A stretch of DNA of 64,000 nucleotides from Candidatus Saccharimonadales bacterium (GTDB lineage Bacteria > Patescibacteriota > Saccharimonadia > Saccharimonadales > UBA10212): positions 8,850 to 72,849 of the forward strand of contig JBBRSU010000003.1 of the NCBI GenBank assembly GCA_038245195.1, read 5' to 3'. The position numbers were made by a program, and so were the translations under genes. Below are positions 48,367 through 58,467 of this stretch, in pieces. The notes beneath the pieces were generated by a model that was not told the DNA's origin, searched no databases, and worked only from the letters and a program-made list of their open reading frames with translations. Position 1 is the stretch's first letter. Each line of letters begins with the position of its first letter.

Positions 48367-49497
48367 CTAGAAGTATATGTAATGCAGTGACTGGGCGGTG
48401 CCGGTATCAACATGCATGCGACTGAATTGGCCATGAATGACATTGTATTGGCTAACCTCGATTGAGCCGTCGGAGTTTACGGACTCCACGTAGGCCACGT
48501 GGCCCAGCCAGCCCATACCGTCGTTGTGCCCCCAGACCACCACGGCGCCGCTCTGGGGATCGGTGCCGTTAGGAATGTGATAGCTATTGGCGAGATTTAT
48601 CCAGTTGTAAGCGTTGGCATCCTCGGAGCCCCAGTACGGCATATGGTGGCCGGTAGAATCGACTTTCCAGGCTACATAACTTACACATTCTCGGTTATAC
48701 ATTCCCCAGCTGTCAAGGCGGGTGTCTTGGTAGGCATTAGCCCACTCCGATGGATAGCCGCCGTTGCCGGCCTCACCAACCCCGTAACTAGTTATGCCAC
48801 CACGGCGTAGATAGGCCGCGTAGGCCGCCGCCTGCTGAGCTCGGAGTGAAGCAATCTGGGCATTATTATTTTTGATTTGAGCATCATAAGTGGCTTTTTG
48901 GCCTTCGGTATAACCAAGTAGCTGGGCCTGCTGTGATTCATCGGCCTGAAGCTGGCTTTGTTGACTTTGCTGGTCTTTTAGCAAATCCTGCTGTTGATGC
49001 TGCTTAGATTGAAGCTGGGCTTTAAGTGAATCTATCTTCTCAACCGAGCCCTTAATCTTATTCGATACCGAATTGCGATATTCTTGCTTATTCACAAAAT
49101 CGCTTAGGTTTTTACTGCTGGCTAGTACTTCTAGGGTTGAAACATCGCCCTCCAGATACATGGTCTTAATATTTTCGCCTAAGACTAGCTTCTCGTGGTC
49201 GAGCTCGGCTTGAGCAACATCAATTTGCTTTTGTAATGAGTCTATTTGGTTTTGAGTAGCTACAATCGCCGATTGGAGTGAGTCGATTTTAGCGTTCAGG
49301 GCGTCGACGGCTTGTTGATAACTAGCGGCTGTGGCCGCTAAGGAGTTAGCTACCGCCTGGTTGGCGGCGTTTTGCTCTTTTAGAGCTTGGATTTGCGTAT
49401 CAAATTGGTCGGCTTTAACTTGGCCACTTATCAAAGTTGCGCCAACCAGCAAAACTGAGGTCAATATCGTAAAAATAAGAAATTTAGTTCGGACCAT
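48367..49497 (-). CDS. secreted coiled-coil + CHAP-domain peptidoglycan hydrolase (PcsB-like)
   Basis: Signal/TM segment. About 230-aa Gln/Ala-rich coiled coil. C-terminal CHAP with Cys (…NRECVSYVAWK…) and His (…GWLGHVAYVESV…). Located next to ftsX-ftsE. Confidence 0.7.
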   Translation of the reverse strand: MVRTKFLIFTILTSVLLVGATLISGQVKADQFDTQIQALKEQNAANQAVANSLAATAASYQQAVDALNAKIDSLQSAIVATQNQIDSLQKQIDVAQAELDHEKLVLGENIKTMYLEGDVSTLEVLASSKNLSDFVNKQEYRNSVSNKIKGSVEKIDSLKAQLQSKQHQQQDLLKDQQSQQSQLQADESQQAQLLGYTEGQKATYDAQIKNNNAQIASLRAQQAAAYAAYLRRGGITSYGVGEAGNGGYPSEWANAYQDTRLDSWGMYNRECVSYVAWKVDSTGHHMPYWGSEDANAYNWINLANSYHIPNGTDPQSGAVVVWGHNDGMGWLGHVAYVESVNSDGSIEVSQYNVIHGQFSRMHVDTGTAQSLHYIYF

Positions 49498-49639
49498 ATT
49501 TAGATTATATTTTTGTTTTTGAATTAACTCTTTAATAATAGCATACCCCTATATTTATCAACCCCATTTATCCACAGTTTGTAATAGAACGGTGGTTAGG
49601 TGCCCATTTAACCCTTATTAATTAATTATTTGAGATTGT

Positions 49640-50584
49640 TTATTGTCTGTTAAGTCGTAAGTACCGCCGTGTCGCTATACCGGAAGAAGCGGCACCGATT
49701 AGTATACCAACCGCGAGTTGGATGGTCAAAATTGAAGCTAGATGGTTTGAAAAGTAACGACTAGAGTAACCGATGTCGAGTAAACCAAGGCTGCTAGCTT
49801 GCAGGGTTGAGCTAGCGATTCTAAATAAAGACCAACAAACAATTAGCGATATGCTGGCGGCGATAGCTCCGTAAAGCATGGTCTCGACAATAAAAGGACC
49901 CCTGATGTAAGCCGTACTGGCACCCAGCAAGCGCATAATAATTAGCTCGTCACGGCGATTAAAGATCGCCATTCTTATAGTGTTAAAGATAATTAACATA
50001 GAGATAATAATGAATACGATGATGCCAACAACACCAGCCTGTTGAAAGAAGTGAGTCGCCGAAGTTATCTTATCGATGGCAACTTTACGATCACCGGAAT
50101 AATTGGTGGGGTCAGATTGCAGCGCTACTTGGGCGGGCTTATCCAAAAAATCCTGAATGTCTTGAATTCTATTAGGGTTGAGCGGCTTAATAGTCAATGA
50201 AGCCGGCAGTGGATTATCGGTGAGTGAAATAGCCGCCAAAAGGTCTGGGTTGTTGGCGTTTTGTTGTTGGTATGCCTTTAGAGCTTCGTTTTTTGAGGTA
50301 TAACTTAGGGATTTAACGTTTGGCAGCTGTTTGAGTTTAGTAATTTGATTGTCCAGTTGGGATTTCGTAACAGAGTCTTTTAGATGCTCAACCACATCGA
50401 TGTGGCTGGTTAGGTCATTGATAGTGTGGGTAAAGGTGGCGTTAGCCACGATGGCGAATAGCAGAATCGTAAGGGTTATGGCCATCATGGCAATGGCGGC
50501 GATGGCTAGCCAAACGTTGCGACCAAAGTTGACCACTCCGTTTTTGATAATTCGTTCAAGTGTTATGTACTTGTGATCTTTCAC
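49640..50584 (-). CDS. ftsX: cell division ABC transporter permease FtsX
   Basis: 4-TM FtsX topology with a large first extracellular loop. Overlaps the ftsE stop by 4 nt. Confidence 0.8.
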   Translation of the reverse strand: MKDHKYITLERIIKNGVVNFGRNVWLAIAAIAMMAITLTILLFAIVANATFTHTINDLTSHIDVVEHLKDSVTKSQLDNQITKLKQLPNVKSLSYTSKNEALKAYQQQNANNPDLLAAISLTDNPLPASLTIKPLNPNRIQDIQDFLDKPAQVALQSDPTNYSGDRKVAIDKITSATHFFQQAGVVGIIVFIIISMLIIFNTIRMAIFNRRDELIIMRLLGASTAYIRGPFIVETMLYGAIAASISLIVCWSLFRIASSTLQASSLGLLDIGYSSRYFSNHLASILTIQLAVGILIGAASSGIATRRYLRLNRQ

Positions 50585-51267
50585 TGATTGCCTCGGTACT
50601 GGCCGACTGCTCTATCTGACACGATGTGGCCGTCTTTTATAGTTACGACTCGGCGTTTAAGGGTATTCACGATTTCCTGATTGTGTGTAGTTAAAAGTAC
50701 CGTGGTGCCAAAGCGATTAACTTTTTCCAGCACTTTAATAACGTCCCAGGCGTGCTTAGGGTCGAGATTACCAGTTGGCTCGTCGGCAATCAGGATTTTG
50801 GGTTGGCGAATAATTGCCCGGGCAATCGCCACCCGTTGGCGCTCACCACCGGATAACTCTAGGGGATAGGCGTCCTCTTTACCTTTCAGTCCCACTACAT
50901 CTAAAACTTTTGGAACAGTGTGGCGGATTTCGGCACTACTAATGCCAGCAATTTCTAGAGCAAATGCTACGTTCTCAACAACCGTCTTATTATTAAGCAG
51001 TTTGAAATCCTGAAATACTACCCCGATTTTTCGCCTTAGTAGTGGCACGTCTTTGTCCTTGAGGTGTTCGTAATCAATGCCACCGACAATAATTTTGCCA
51101 CTGGTCGGTTTTTCCTCGCGGGTTAGCAGTTTAAATAAAGTGGACTTGCCGGCACCAGATTGGCCGACGATTATCACGAATTCTTTAGGCTCGACATGCA
51201 AACTTATGCGCTCCAGGGCTGGACCTCGGCGGTTATAGGACTTGGACACCCTATCCAATAAAATCAT
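50581..51267 (-). CDS. ftsE: cell division ATP-binding protein FtsE
   Basis: Walker A GQSGAGKST. ABC signature LSGGERQRVAIARA. Walker B ILIADEPTGNLD. Confidence 0.9.
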   Translation of the reverse strand: MILLDRVSKSYNRRGPALERISLHVEPKEFVIIVGQSGAGKSTLFKLLTREEKPTSGKIIVGGIDYEHLKDKDVPLLRRKIGVVFQDFKLLNNKTVVENVAFALEIAGISSAEIRHTVPKVLDVVGLKGKEDAYPLELSGGERQRVAIARAIIRQPKILIADEPTGNLDPKHAWDVIKVLEKVNRFGTTVLLTTHNQEIVNTLKRRVVTIKDGHIVSDRAVGQYRGNQ

Positions 51268-51297
51268 TAGCTTAAGTATATCAGATTGGGCTTGTGC

Positions 51298-52377
51298 TTA
51301 GACAGTGGCCAGCCAGGCGTTGATTAAGGGGTCTAACTCACCGTCCAAAACTTTTTGGACATCGCTGGATTCATACCCACTGCGGGTATCTTTGACTTGT
51401 TTATATGGGTGAAGAACGTAGTTACGAATCTGGCTACCGAACTCGGCCGATTGGTTGGGGCCTTTAACATCGGCTAGCGTCTCGGCATGCTGTTCTATCT
51501 GTAATTGAGCTAGTTTGGAGCGTAAAATTGTCATAGCGGTTTCTCTGTTTTGAAGCTGACTACGTTCGTTTTGAATGGCTACGGTTATACCGGTTGGCAA
51601 ATGAGTAATCCGCACAGCACTGTCGGTGGTATTTACACTTTGTCCACCATGACCACCAGCTCGGTAAACATCAACTTTTAGGTCTTTTCCATCAATTTCG
51701 ACTTCGTTTGGCTTATCTATCATTGGTAAAACTTCGACTTTAGCAAAGCTGGTCTCGCGGCTGGCTGCCGAATTGAAAGGGCTCAGTCTAACTAAACGGT
51801 GCACGCCATGCTCGCCGAGTAATTTGCCAAACAAATATGTGCCGTCAGTTATTTCAATGGTGGCACTTTTGATGCCGGCTTCTTCGCCGGCCGATAGTTC
51901 AACTGTTTTTATGGCCAATTTATGGCTTTCGGCCCAGCGAACATACATTCTAAGTAACATCTCGGCCCAGTCTTGGGCGTCGGTACCGCCGGCACCAGCA
52001 TGAATACTTAATATTACATCGTGGTCGTCATACGGGCCTTTAAACTGCAGGTCTTTTTTAAGAATTTTAAACTCAGATTCCAAATTTAATAATTTAGCCC
52101 CAAGCTCCAACTCTAAACTACTGTCCCCGAGCTCAATTAATTCCTGTAACTCGCCGATTGCAGCCGTAAGCTCATGCCATGGCTTAACTTTGGACACAAG
52201 CGACGAAACTTGTCTGGAGATTTCCTGGGCGTGTTTATTATCCTGCCAAAAAGTCGGCTCGGCCATTTCGGCTTTTAGTTTTTGGATAATTGTTTGTTGA
52301 TCACCAATCTTCAGTTGTTGGCTAAGAGTCTGAATTTCTTGGTTTAAAGTTTCTAGTTTTTGAATTAGCTGTTCCAT
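51298..52377 (-). CDS. prfB: peptide chain release factor 2 (no programmed frameshift)
   Basis: SPF tripeptide (LVRLSPFNS) and GGQ (RAGGHGGQSVNTTDSAVR). A single uninterrupted ORF. Confidence 0.9.
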   Translation of the reverse strand: MEQLIQKLETLNQEIQTLSQQLKIGDQQTIIQKLKAEMAEPTFWQDNKHAQEISRQVSSLVSKVKPWHELTAAIGELQELIELGDSSLELELGAKLLNLESEFKILKKDLQFKGPYDDHDVILSIHAGAGGTDAQDWAEMLLRMYVRWAESHKLAIKTVELSAGEEAGIKSATIEITDGTYLFGKLLGEHGVHRLVRLSPFNSAASRETSFAKVEVLPMIDKPNEVEIDGKDLKVDVYRAGGHGGQSVNTTDSAVRITHLPTGITVAIQNERSQLQNRETAMTILRSKLAQLQIEQHAETLADVKGPNQSAEFGSQIRNYVLHPYKQVKDTRSGYESSDVQKVLDGELDPLINAWLATV

Positions 52378-53657
52378 AACGGCTGAACCTGTTCACACAG
52401 CTTATCGGCTAACTCCCGCGAGCGGCTGCCGCCACCTAATACCCCCAAGCCGCCGATTTTATCACTAAACATTCGCTGGCTAGCTTCTTTTATACGGCCG
52501 GTTGATACGGAGCGGATTCGCTCTGGGATTGCCTCGTAATCATTAACCACTTGGTCGAAATAATAACGCCCTGTATAGCCGGCCATAGTGCCGGATACGG
52601 TTTGAGCACTACGTTGGTGTCGGCCCAACCAGTACTGCTTGGCGGCTTCTAGGTCTTCCGGTGTAATATCGCCCTGCTTTACCCGGGTTAGCTCCCGCGT
52701 AATAATTTCAAATAAGGCCGGGGCGTTTTTATTTATAACTTGAGCCGAAAACCACCAGCCAGTGACTTTCTTCATAATATCTACCCCCGAGCCCATGCTA
52801 TAAACCAACCCCCGCTCACGGGCTTCGCCCAAAACGCGAGAATACAATGTTGCTGTAAGCATGCCGTTAACGAGTTCTAAAGCGTCCATGTCGTGATCAT
52901 TAAATCTAGTTAGAGCAAAGGTTTCTAGTTCAAAGTAAACGTTTTTGACAGATGGACGGGCTACAAATACCGGCTTATCAAGATTTATTGGTCGCTCGTC
53001 TGGCAGTTCTATAAAACTTCGGCCTTTTGGTAAACCAAAAGCCTCTAACATTTTTTTGATGGCGGCTGTACGGCCCGACATATTGCCGGCAATTACAAAC
53101 CGTAAATTATTTGTGGTATGAGTACTGGCGTAGTGGTCTATAAGATCTTTTCGTTTAACATTTTTAATTTGTTTGAGTCGTTCGCGATCGGTCATGGCAA
53201 GTAGGTTGTGGGCTTCGCGGACGGTTAGGCTCAAAGTTCTAAAGTGGTTATTGGACCTAGCGGTCAGCTCGTCTCTGACATTGCCGTACTCGGCTTTAAA
53301 CTCATCATTTAGAAATAGCGGCTTGCTGATGGCAGTAATCATCAAATCCAAGATGCGCTGCCATTCAAAGTCAGCACACTCGGCTTCATAAGTTATGTGG
53401 TACAAACCAGTACTGGCGTTGTTGCCGGCGCCATTTTTTTCGAACTCGGCTTGAAACAATCGGGCTTTGGGTATAAGTTGATTAGCCCCTAACAAAACAT
53501 GCTCCATCAGATGCGGAACTTCCCATTTGGGCTTGTCGACTAAGTATTCACCTGCCCGAAAATTAAACTCAAAATCCATTACCGTAGCCCCGGGTACATC
53601 TATTAGCAGGCCTTTGGCACCATTACTAAGTTCAATTTCTTTTACGGTATGCTTCAT
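52365..53657 (-). CDS. M16-family (pitrilysin-like) zinc peptidase
   Basis: Inverted zinc motif HLMEH with a downstream Glu ligand. Confidence 0.7.
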   Translation of the reverse strand: MKHTVKEIELSNGAKGLLIDVPGATVMDFEFNFRAGEYLVDKPKWEVPHLMEHVLLGANQLIPKARLFQAEFEKNGAGNNASTGLYHITYEAECADFEWQRILDLMITAISKPLFLNDEFKAEYGNVRDELTARSNNHFRTLSLTVREAHNLLAMTDRERLKQIKNVKRKDLIDHYASTHTTNNLRFVIAGNMSGRTAAIKKMLEAFGLPKGRSFIELPDERPINLDKPVFVARPSVKNVYFELETFALTRFNDHDMDALELVNGMLTATLYSRVLGEARERGLVYSMGSGVDIMKKVTGWWFSAQVINKNAPALFEIITRELTRVKQGDITPEDLEAAKQYWLGRHQRSAQTVSGTMAGYTGRYYFDQVVNDYEAIPERIRSVSTGRIKEASQRMFSDKIGGLGVLGGGSRSRELADKLCEQVQPLWNS

Positions 53658-53668
53658 AATTCGGCGAT

Positions 53669-56296
53669 CTATTTACGCCGTTTTTTCTTGGTGGCTGGTT
53701 TTTTCTTGCGCTGGCGTTCAGCTTTCCGAGCTTTCTTGCGTTTGGCGTGGCTGCGGGCTTCTTCTTCCTCTTCACGTTTGGCCGACTTGAAGTCGGTTTC
53801 TTCGAAAGTTTCGGCTTTGGTGATTTGGCTGGCGTTGTTTACCGAACCTTGGGCCGCCCGAGTTAGGTCGGTTTCGACGGCCCGCTGCAAATCCATATCT
53901 ACAGGCTGGGCGTGCAAAATCGAGCGAATAATGTCATGGCGTAAATTCTCCTGCATATCGTCGAAGATTTTTCCGCCTTGGCGCCGGTACTCCACCAGTG
54001 GATCGCGCTGGCCAACACTTATCCAATGGATGCCCTCTCGCAAATGGTCCATGTTTTCTAGATGTTGCATCCACAAGTTGTCTAGAACCTGCAGAAATAC
54101 GTCGCGTTCAACTTTACGCATAGTGTCCGTAGTAAATAGTTGTTCTTGCAGTTGATACTGGCGCAAGGCGGCCTTTTCTAGTTCGACTTGGAATTTATCG
54201 GCTGGGTTATCGAACAGTTTATCCAAAACCTTATCGTCGAATGGAAAACTTTCGGTCAAAATATTCTCGTACATCTCGCTAGTCGATTCGGGATGATTAG
54301 CTAACATCTCGGTTTCCTCGACTATCATTTTTTTGATACGAGCCGAGATATCTTCGGCGTTCAGAATTTCGCGGCGCATTGAGTAAATGGCCCGTCGATG
54401 GCGGTTCATAACATCGTCGTACTGCACAACGTTTTTGCGTTGGTCAAAGTTAAAACCTTCGACTTTCTTCTGAGCCCCCTCAAGGCTTTTGGTAATCATC
54501 TTACTTTCTATCGGTGTTTCGTCATCAACTTTTAAGCGATCCATAATGCTGGCAATCCGGTCGCCACCATAAATTCTCATCAAATCATCTTGGGTCGAAA
54601 CGTAAAACTGAGTTTTACCGGCATCGCCTTGACGTCCGGCTCGACCCCGAAGCTGGTTATCGATGCGCCGTGATTCATGGCGCTCACTGCCAAGTACAAA
54701 CAAACCGCCTAAATCGGCCACGCCTTTGCCTAAAACAATGTCGGTTCCCCGCCCGGCGATGTTGGTGGCCAAAGTTACCGCCCCCTGTTCACCAGCTTTA
54801 GCCACAATCGCGGCTTCGCGCTCGTTATTCTTGGCATTTAGTACTTCGTGCGGGACCTTGGCGGCTTTTAGCATGTGTGAAATTACTTCGTTCTTTTCGA
54901 TACTAACCGTACCGATTAAAACCGGCTGGCCGTTGGCTTGGTGTTGTTTAACTTCTTGAACAATCGATTTCATCTTGCCATTTTCGGTTTTATAAATCCT
55001 ATCCGGCAAGTCCTGGCGGACAATTTTACGATTGGACGGCACTTCAATAACATCGATTTTATAAATTTGATGAAACTCTTCGCTTTCGGTCATGGCGGTT
55101 CCGGTCATACCTGCCAACTTTTTATATAAGCGGAAGTAGTTCTGGAAAGAAATGGTGGCTAAAGTCATGGATTCTTCTTGGACTTCAACTCCTTCTTTAG
55201 CTTCAATGGCTTGGTGCAGGCCTTCGTTATAGCGCCGGCCTTTAAGCAGACGGCCGGTAAAATCATCGACAATTACAATTTCGCCTTCTTTGGTGACCAC
55301 ATAGTCCTTGTCCCGGTGAAACAGCACTTGGGCCTTTAGTGATTGTTCGAGGTGATAGATGGTTCGCAAGTTCTCAGTGGCATAGAGATTTTTGATGCCC
55401 AGGATTTTTTCAACTAACTCTACTCCTGCATCTGTCAGAATTACGCTTTTACGCTTTTCATCTTTTTCGTAATGTTCAGTTTCTTTTAGGTTTCTGACGA
55501 TTTTGGAAAACTGCAGATATGACGCCCCGCTAGCTGTGGCTGGTGCACTAATAATCAACGGTGTGCGGGCTTCGTCAATTAAAATTGAGTCGACTTCGTC
55601 GACGATAGCAAAGTGTAGGTCGCGCTGGCGCAGCTGGTCGACTTCGCGAACCATGTTATCGCGCAGATAATCAAAACCAAATTCATTGTTGGTGCCATAA
55701 GTGATATCGGCGCCGTAAGCCTCTTGGCGGGTTGCCGGACGTAGGTGCTGCATGCGCTTATCAAAGTGTTCGTTATTCTCGTAACTTGAGTCGAATATAT
55801 ACGATTCGTCGGGGATAATCACTCCGGTCGTTAGACCTAAGAAATCGTATATCTGGCCCATCCAACCGGCATCGCGCTGGGCTAAATAATCGTTAACTGT
55901 AACTAAATGAGCACCTTTACCTTCCAGGGCGTTCAAATATAGTGCTAGGGTGGCTACCAAGGTTTTGCCTTCACCTGTTTTCATTTCAGCCACATTACCT
56001 TCGTGCAAAACCATGCCGCCGATTAACTGAACGTCAAAGTGGCGCTGCTTTAGAGTACGGGTAGCGGCTTCGCGGACTACTGCAAAGGCGTCTTGCAAAA
56101 TATCATCAACGGTTTCTTTTTCTAATCGCTTTTTAAGTAGGTCGGTTTGTTCGCGCAACTGCTTATCGGTCATTTTTTGGTATTTATCGGCAAGCGCGTT
56201 AATTTTTTCGGCACGTTTTCTAAGCCGCTTGATGGTAGCAGCTTGCGGATCACCTAGGACGCGCTTTAAAGACTTGGAATTAATAAATGCCGACAA
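53669..56296 (-). CDS. secA: preprotein translocase ATPase SecA
   Basis: DEAD-motor motifs (MKTGEGKT…, TGTAMTE…) and full-length SecA architecture. The C-terminus is a Lys/Arg-rich tail (…KRKKARKAERQRKKKPATKKKRRK) rather than a zinc-finger. Confidence 0.95.
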   Translation of the reverse strand: MSAFINSKSLKRVLGDPQAATIKRLRKRAEKINALADKYQKMTDKQLREQTDLLKKRLEKETVDDILQDAFAVVREAATRTLKQRHFDVQLIGGMVLHEGNVAEMKTGEGKTLVATLALYLNALEGKGAHLVTVNDYLAQRDAGWMGQIYDFLGLTTGVIIPDESYIFDSSYENNEHFDKRMQHLRPATRQEAYGADITYGTNNEFGFDYLRDNMVREVDQLRQRDLHFAIVDEVDSILIDEARTPLIISAPATASGASYLQFSKIVRNLKETEHYEKDEKRKSVILTDAGVELVEKILGIKNLYATENLRTIYHLEQSLKAQVLFHRDKDYVVTKEGEIVIVDDFTGRLLKGRRYNEGLHQAIEAKEGVEVQEESMTLATISFQNYFRLYKKLAGMTGTAMTESEEFHQIYKIDVIEVPSNRKIVRQDLPDRIYKTENGKMKSIVQEVKQHQANGQPVLIGTVSIEKNEVISHMLKAAKVPHEVLNAKNNEREAAIVAKAGEQGAVTLATNIAGRGTDIVLGKGVADLGGLFVLGSERHESRRIDNQLRGRAGRQGDAGKTQFYVSTQDDLMRIYGGDRIASIMDRLKVDDETPIESKMITKSLEGAQKKVEGFNFDQRKNVVQYDDVMNRHRRAIYSMRREILNAEDISARIKKMIVEETEMLANHPESTSEMYENILTESFPFDDKVLDKLFDNPADKFQVELEKAALRQYQLQEQLFTTDTMRKVERDVFLQVLDNLWMQHLENMDHLREGIHWISVGQRDPLVEYRRQGGKIFDDMQENLRHDIIRSILHAQPVDMDLQRAVETDLTRAAQGSVNNASQITKAETFEETDFKSAKREEEEEARSHAKRKKARKAERQRKKKPATKKKRRK

Positions 56297-56361
56297 ACAG
56301 ACCTCCGTATAATTTTTTGCGAAATATCTCTATATATTCTAACGCATGGCGCGAACAAACT

Positions 56362-57612
56362 CTACAGGCTGGTTTGACTATTTAGATATTTTTGCAGAGC
56401 TTTAGGCACTAACACCTGGCCATCTTTAGTTTGGCGGTTTTCGATTAGGGCGATTGGGATACGGCTCATAGCTGCCAAAGTACCGTTTAGGCTGTGTAGA
56501 AACTCAGTTTGACCATCGGTGTTTTTGTACCTGATATTTAGCCGACGAGTCTGGTAATCGGTTACATTCGAACAACTCATTAGTTCACGATAAGTTTTAT
56601 CGAGCGGGCTGTAGTATTCGACATCAAATTTCTTATAAGCCGGAGCACCTAAATCACCAGCCGCAATTCGCACTATCCGGTATGGAATTTCTAACATTTG
56701 GCAGAATTCTTCTTCTAAAGCCACCATTTTTTGATGCCAAGCTTGGCTGTCCTTTGGCTTACAAAACACATAGAGTTCCAGTTTATTGAACTGATGAGTC
56801 CGAAATAGTCCCCGGTTGTGCCTGCCGTAAGCTCCACCTTCGACTCGGTAAGCTGGGCTTAAGCCGGCATATTGTAGAGGTAAGTCCGGTTCGGCGATTA
56901 TCTCATCGGCATGATAGCCGGTTAACGGTATTTCGGCGGTAGCAATTAAATTTAAATCTTCGTCTTCAACTTTATAAATCTGTTTTTCTTGGCCACGGGC
57001 CGAAAAACCGGCACCTTCCAAGGTTTTTGTATTGACCATATGGGGAACCATCATTGGCACAAAACCGTGTTTTTTAGCTAACTCCATTCCCAACTGCGAA
57101 ATGGCCAATTCTAGCTCTACAAGTGGGCCTTTTAAGAAGTAAAATTTAGCCCCAGCCACCTTGGCACCTCGCTCAAAATCAATCAAACCACGCGATTCTG
57201 CCCAGCTTAAGTGGTCTTGGACTTCGAAGCCTTTATCGCTGATATCACCCCAACTTTTTACTTGTTTACTGGCTTCTTCCCCGCCCTCTGGCGTATCATC
57301 CGGTATAACATTCGGGACTTCAGCCAGTAATTTGTCGTATTCTTCGTTTACTGGACTGAGTTGGGCTTCCAGCTGGCTGAGGGTATCCTTAAGCCTTTTA
57401 GCCTGGCACACTGCGACTTGGTCGGGCTTAGTACCTTTGGTTTTGTCGGCCAGTTGGTTCCGCTCGGCCCTAATTCGCTCAATTTCGCTCACCAGTTTAC
57501 GACGGTTTTCGTCCAAACTAAGTAGTTTTTGGACATTGACTTTGTAGCCTTTGAGCTTGGCGCTGGTCTCTACCAGTTCGGCGTTTTCCCTAATAAATCG
57601 GATATCAAGCAT
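56362..57612 (-). CDS. serS: serine--tRNA ligase
   Basis: N-terminal coiled-coil arm and class II core motifs (…FRTHQFNKLE…, …GRHNRGLF…). Confidence 0.9.
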   Translation of the reverse strand: MLDIRFIRENAELVETSAKLKGYKVNVQKLLSLDENRRKLVSEIERIRAERNQLADKTKGTKPDQVAVCQAKRLKDTLSQLEAQLSPVNEEYDKLLAEVPNVIPDDTPEGGEEASKQVKSWGDISDKGFEVQDHLSWAESRGLIDFERGAKVAGAKFYFLKGPLVELELAISQLGMELAKKHGFVPMMVPHMVNTKTLEGAGFSARGQEKQIYKVEDEDLNLIATAEIPLTGYHADEIIAEPDLPLQYAGLSPAYRVEGGAYGRHNRGLFRTHQFNKLELYVFCKPKDSQAWHQKMVALEEEFCQMLEIPYRIVRIAAGDLGAPAYKKFDVEYYSPLDKTYRELMSCSNVTDYQTRRLNIRYKNTDGQTEFLHSLNGTLAAMSRIPIALIENRQTKDGQVLVPKALQKYLNSQTSL

Positions 57613-57621
57613 GGCTTTATT

Positions 57622-58383
57622 CTATTTCTTCTTAGCAATAGCGTCTAGAGTTAATATGGTGCGGGCTTTGGCATAGGCACAATACTCACAGTCAGTGGCC
57701 TCTTTTGGCATATCGGCTTCTAAAACTTGTTTGATTTCTACTAAGGTCGGTTCAATCCAATTATCGCTACCTTTATAGGGGAAAACATTGGTCCGAAAAT
57801 CGACTTTATTGAAAAAACCATCGGCTTTGCCGATTCCATTAGCGTAAACGAAGTAGCCAATATCGCTGACTTTGTGGCCTTCACCACGCAGTAACCACTG
57901 ATAAACTTCCATTTGCCGGCGATAACTATCGTGCCAGCGCGACTCTTCCAAATCGGTAATTTCCTTATCTTTTGCGGTGGCTTTATAGTCAACCACCACC
58001 AGCTCGCCTTTGGGATTCACCCATACGTCGTCGACTCCCCCAGAAATCAGCAAATTGGTGGGTTTGTGAAGTCGCTGTACGCCTGTAAAAACGTGTCGCC
58101 AGCGTTCTAAATCTTTATGGGCAAACGGCTTGGCATCTACTTTGAATTCCACCTGCCAAGGATGTTGCTGGCCTTTAGCACGATAAATATCAAACTCGGT
58201 CTTTAATAAAGCATCGATGGCACTATTTATCAAAAAAGGCGGCGAACTGGGTTGGTTGATTTTGAGTCGTTGGGCCAACCAAAAGCAACGCCGGCAACGG
58301 ACGAAGTTTTCAATCCGGCTGCGGCTAAGTTTATAAACCTCTGACTGCCCCGGCTTGTAAGCCGGGCTTCTCTCATACGCCAT
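57622..58383 (-). CDS. PD-(D/E)xK-superfamily nuclease with four Cys (Cas4/RecB-nuclease-like)
   Basis: …LLISGGVDDVWVN…ELVVVDYKATAKD… gives the D…(D/E)xK pattern. There is an N-terminal CRRCFW and a C-terminal CEYCAY cysteine pair. Confidence 0.5.
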   Translation of the reverse strand: MAYERSPAYKPGQSEVYKLSRSRIENFVRCRRCFWLAQRLKINQPSSPPFLINSAIDALLKTEFDIYRAKGQQHPWQVEFKVDAKPFAHKDLERWRHVFTGVQRLHKPTNLLISGGVDDVWVNPKGELVVVDYKATAKDKEITDLEESRWHDSYRRQMEVYQWLLRGEGHKVSDIGYFVYANGIGKADGFFNKVDFRTNVFPYKGSDNWIEPTLVEIKQVLEADMPKEATDCEYCAYAKARTILTLDAIAKKK

Positions 58384-58467
58384 TACCCTTCAGTATAACA
58401 ATATAGAAGAACGAGCCCAAAGGGCTCGTTCAAAAACTACTTACAACTATTTACTACTTAGTAGTTT

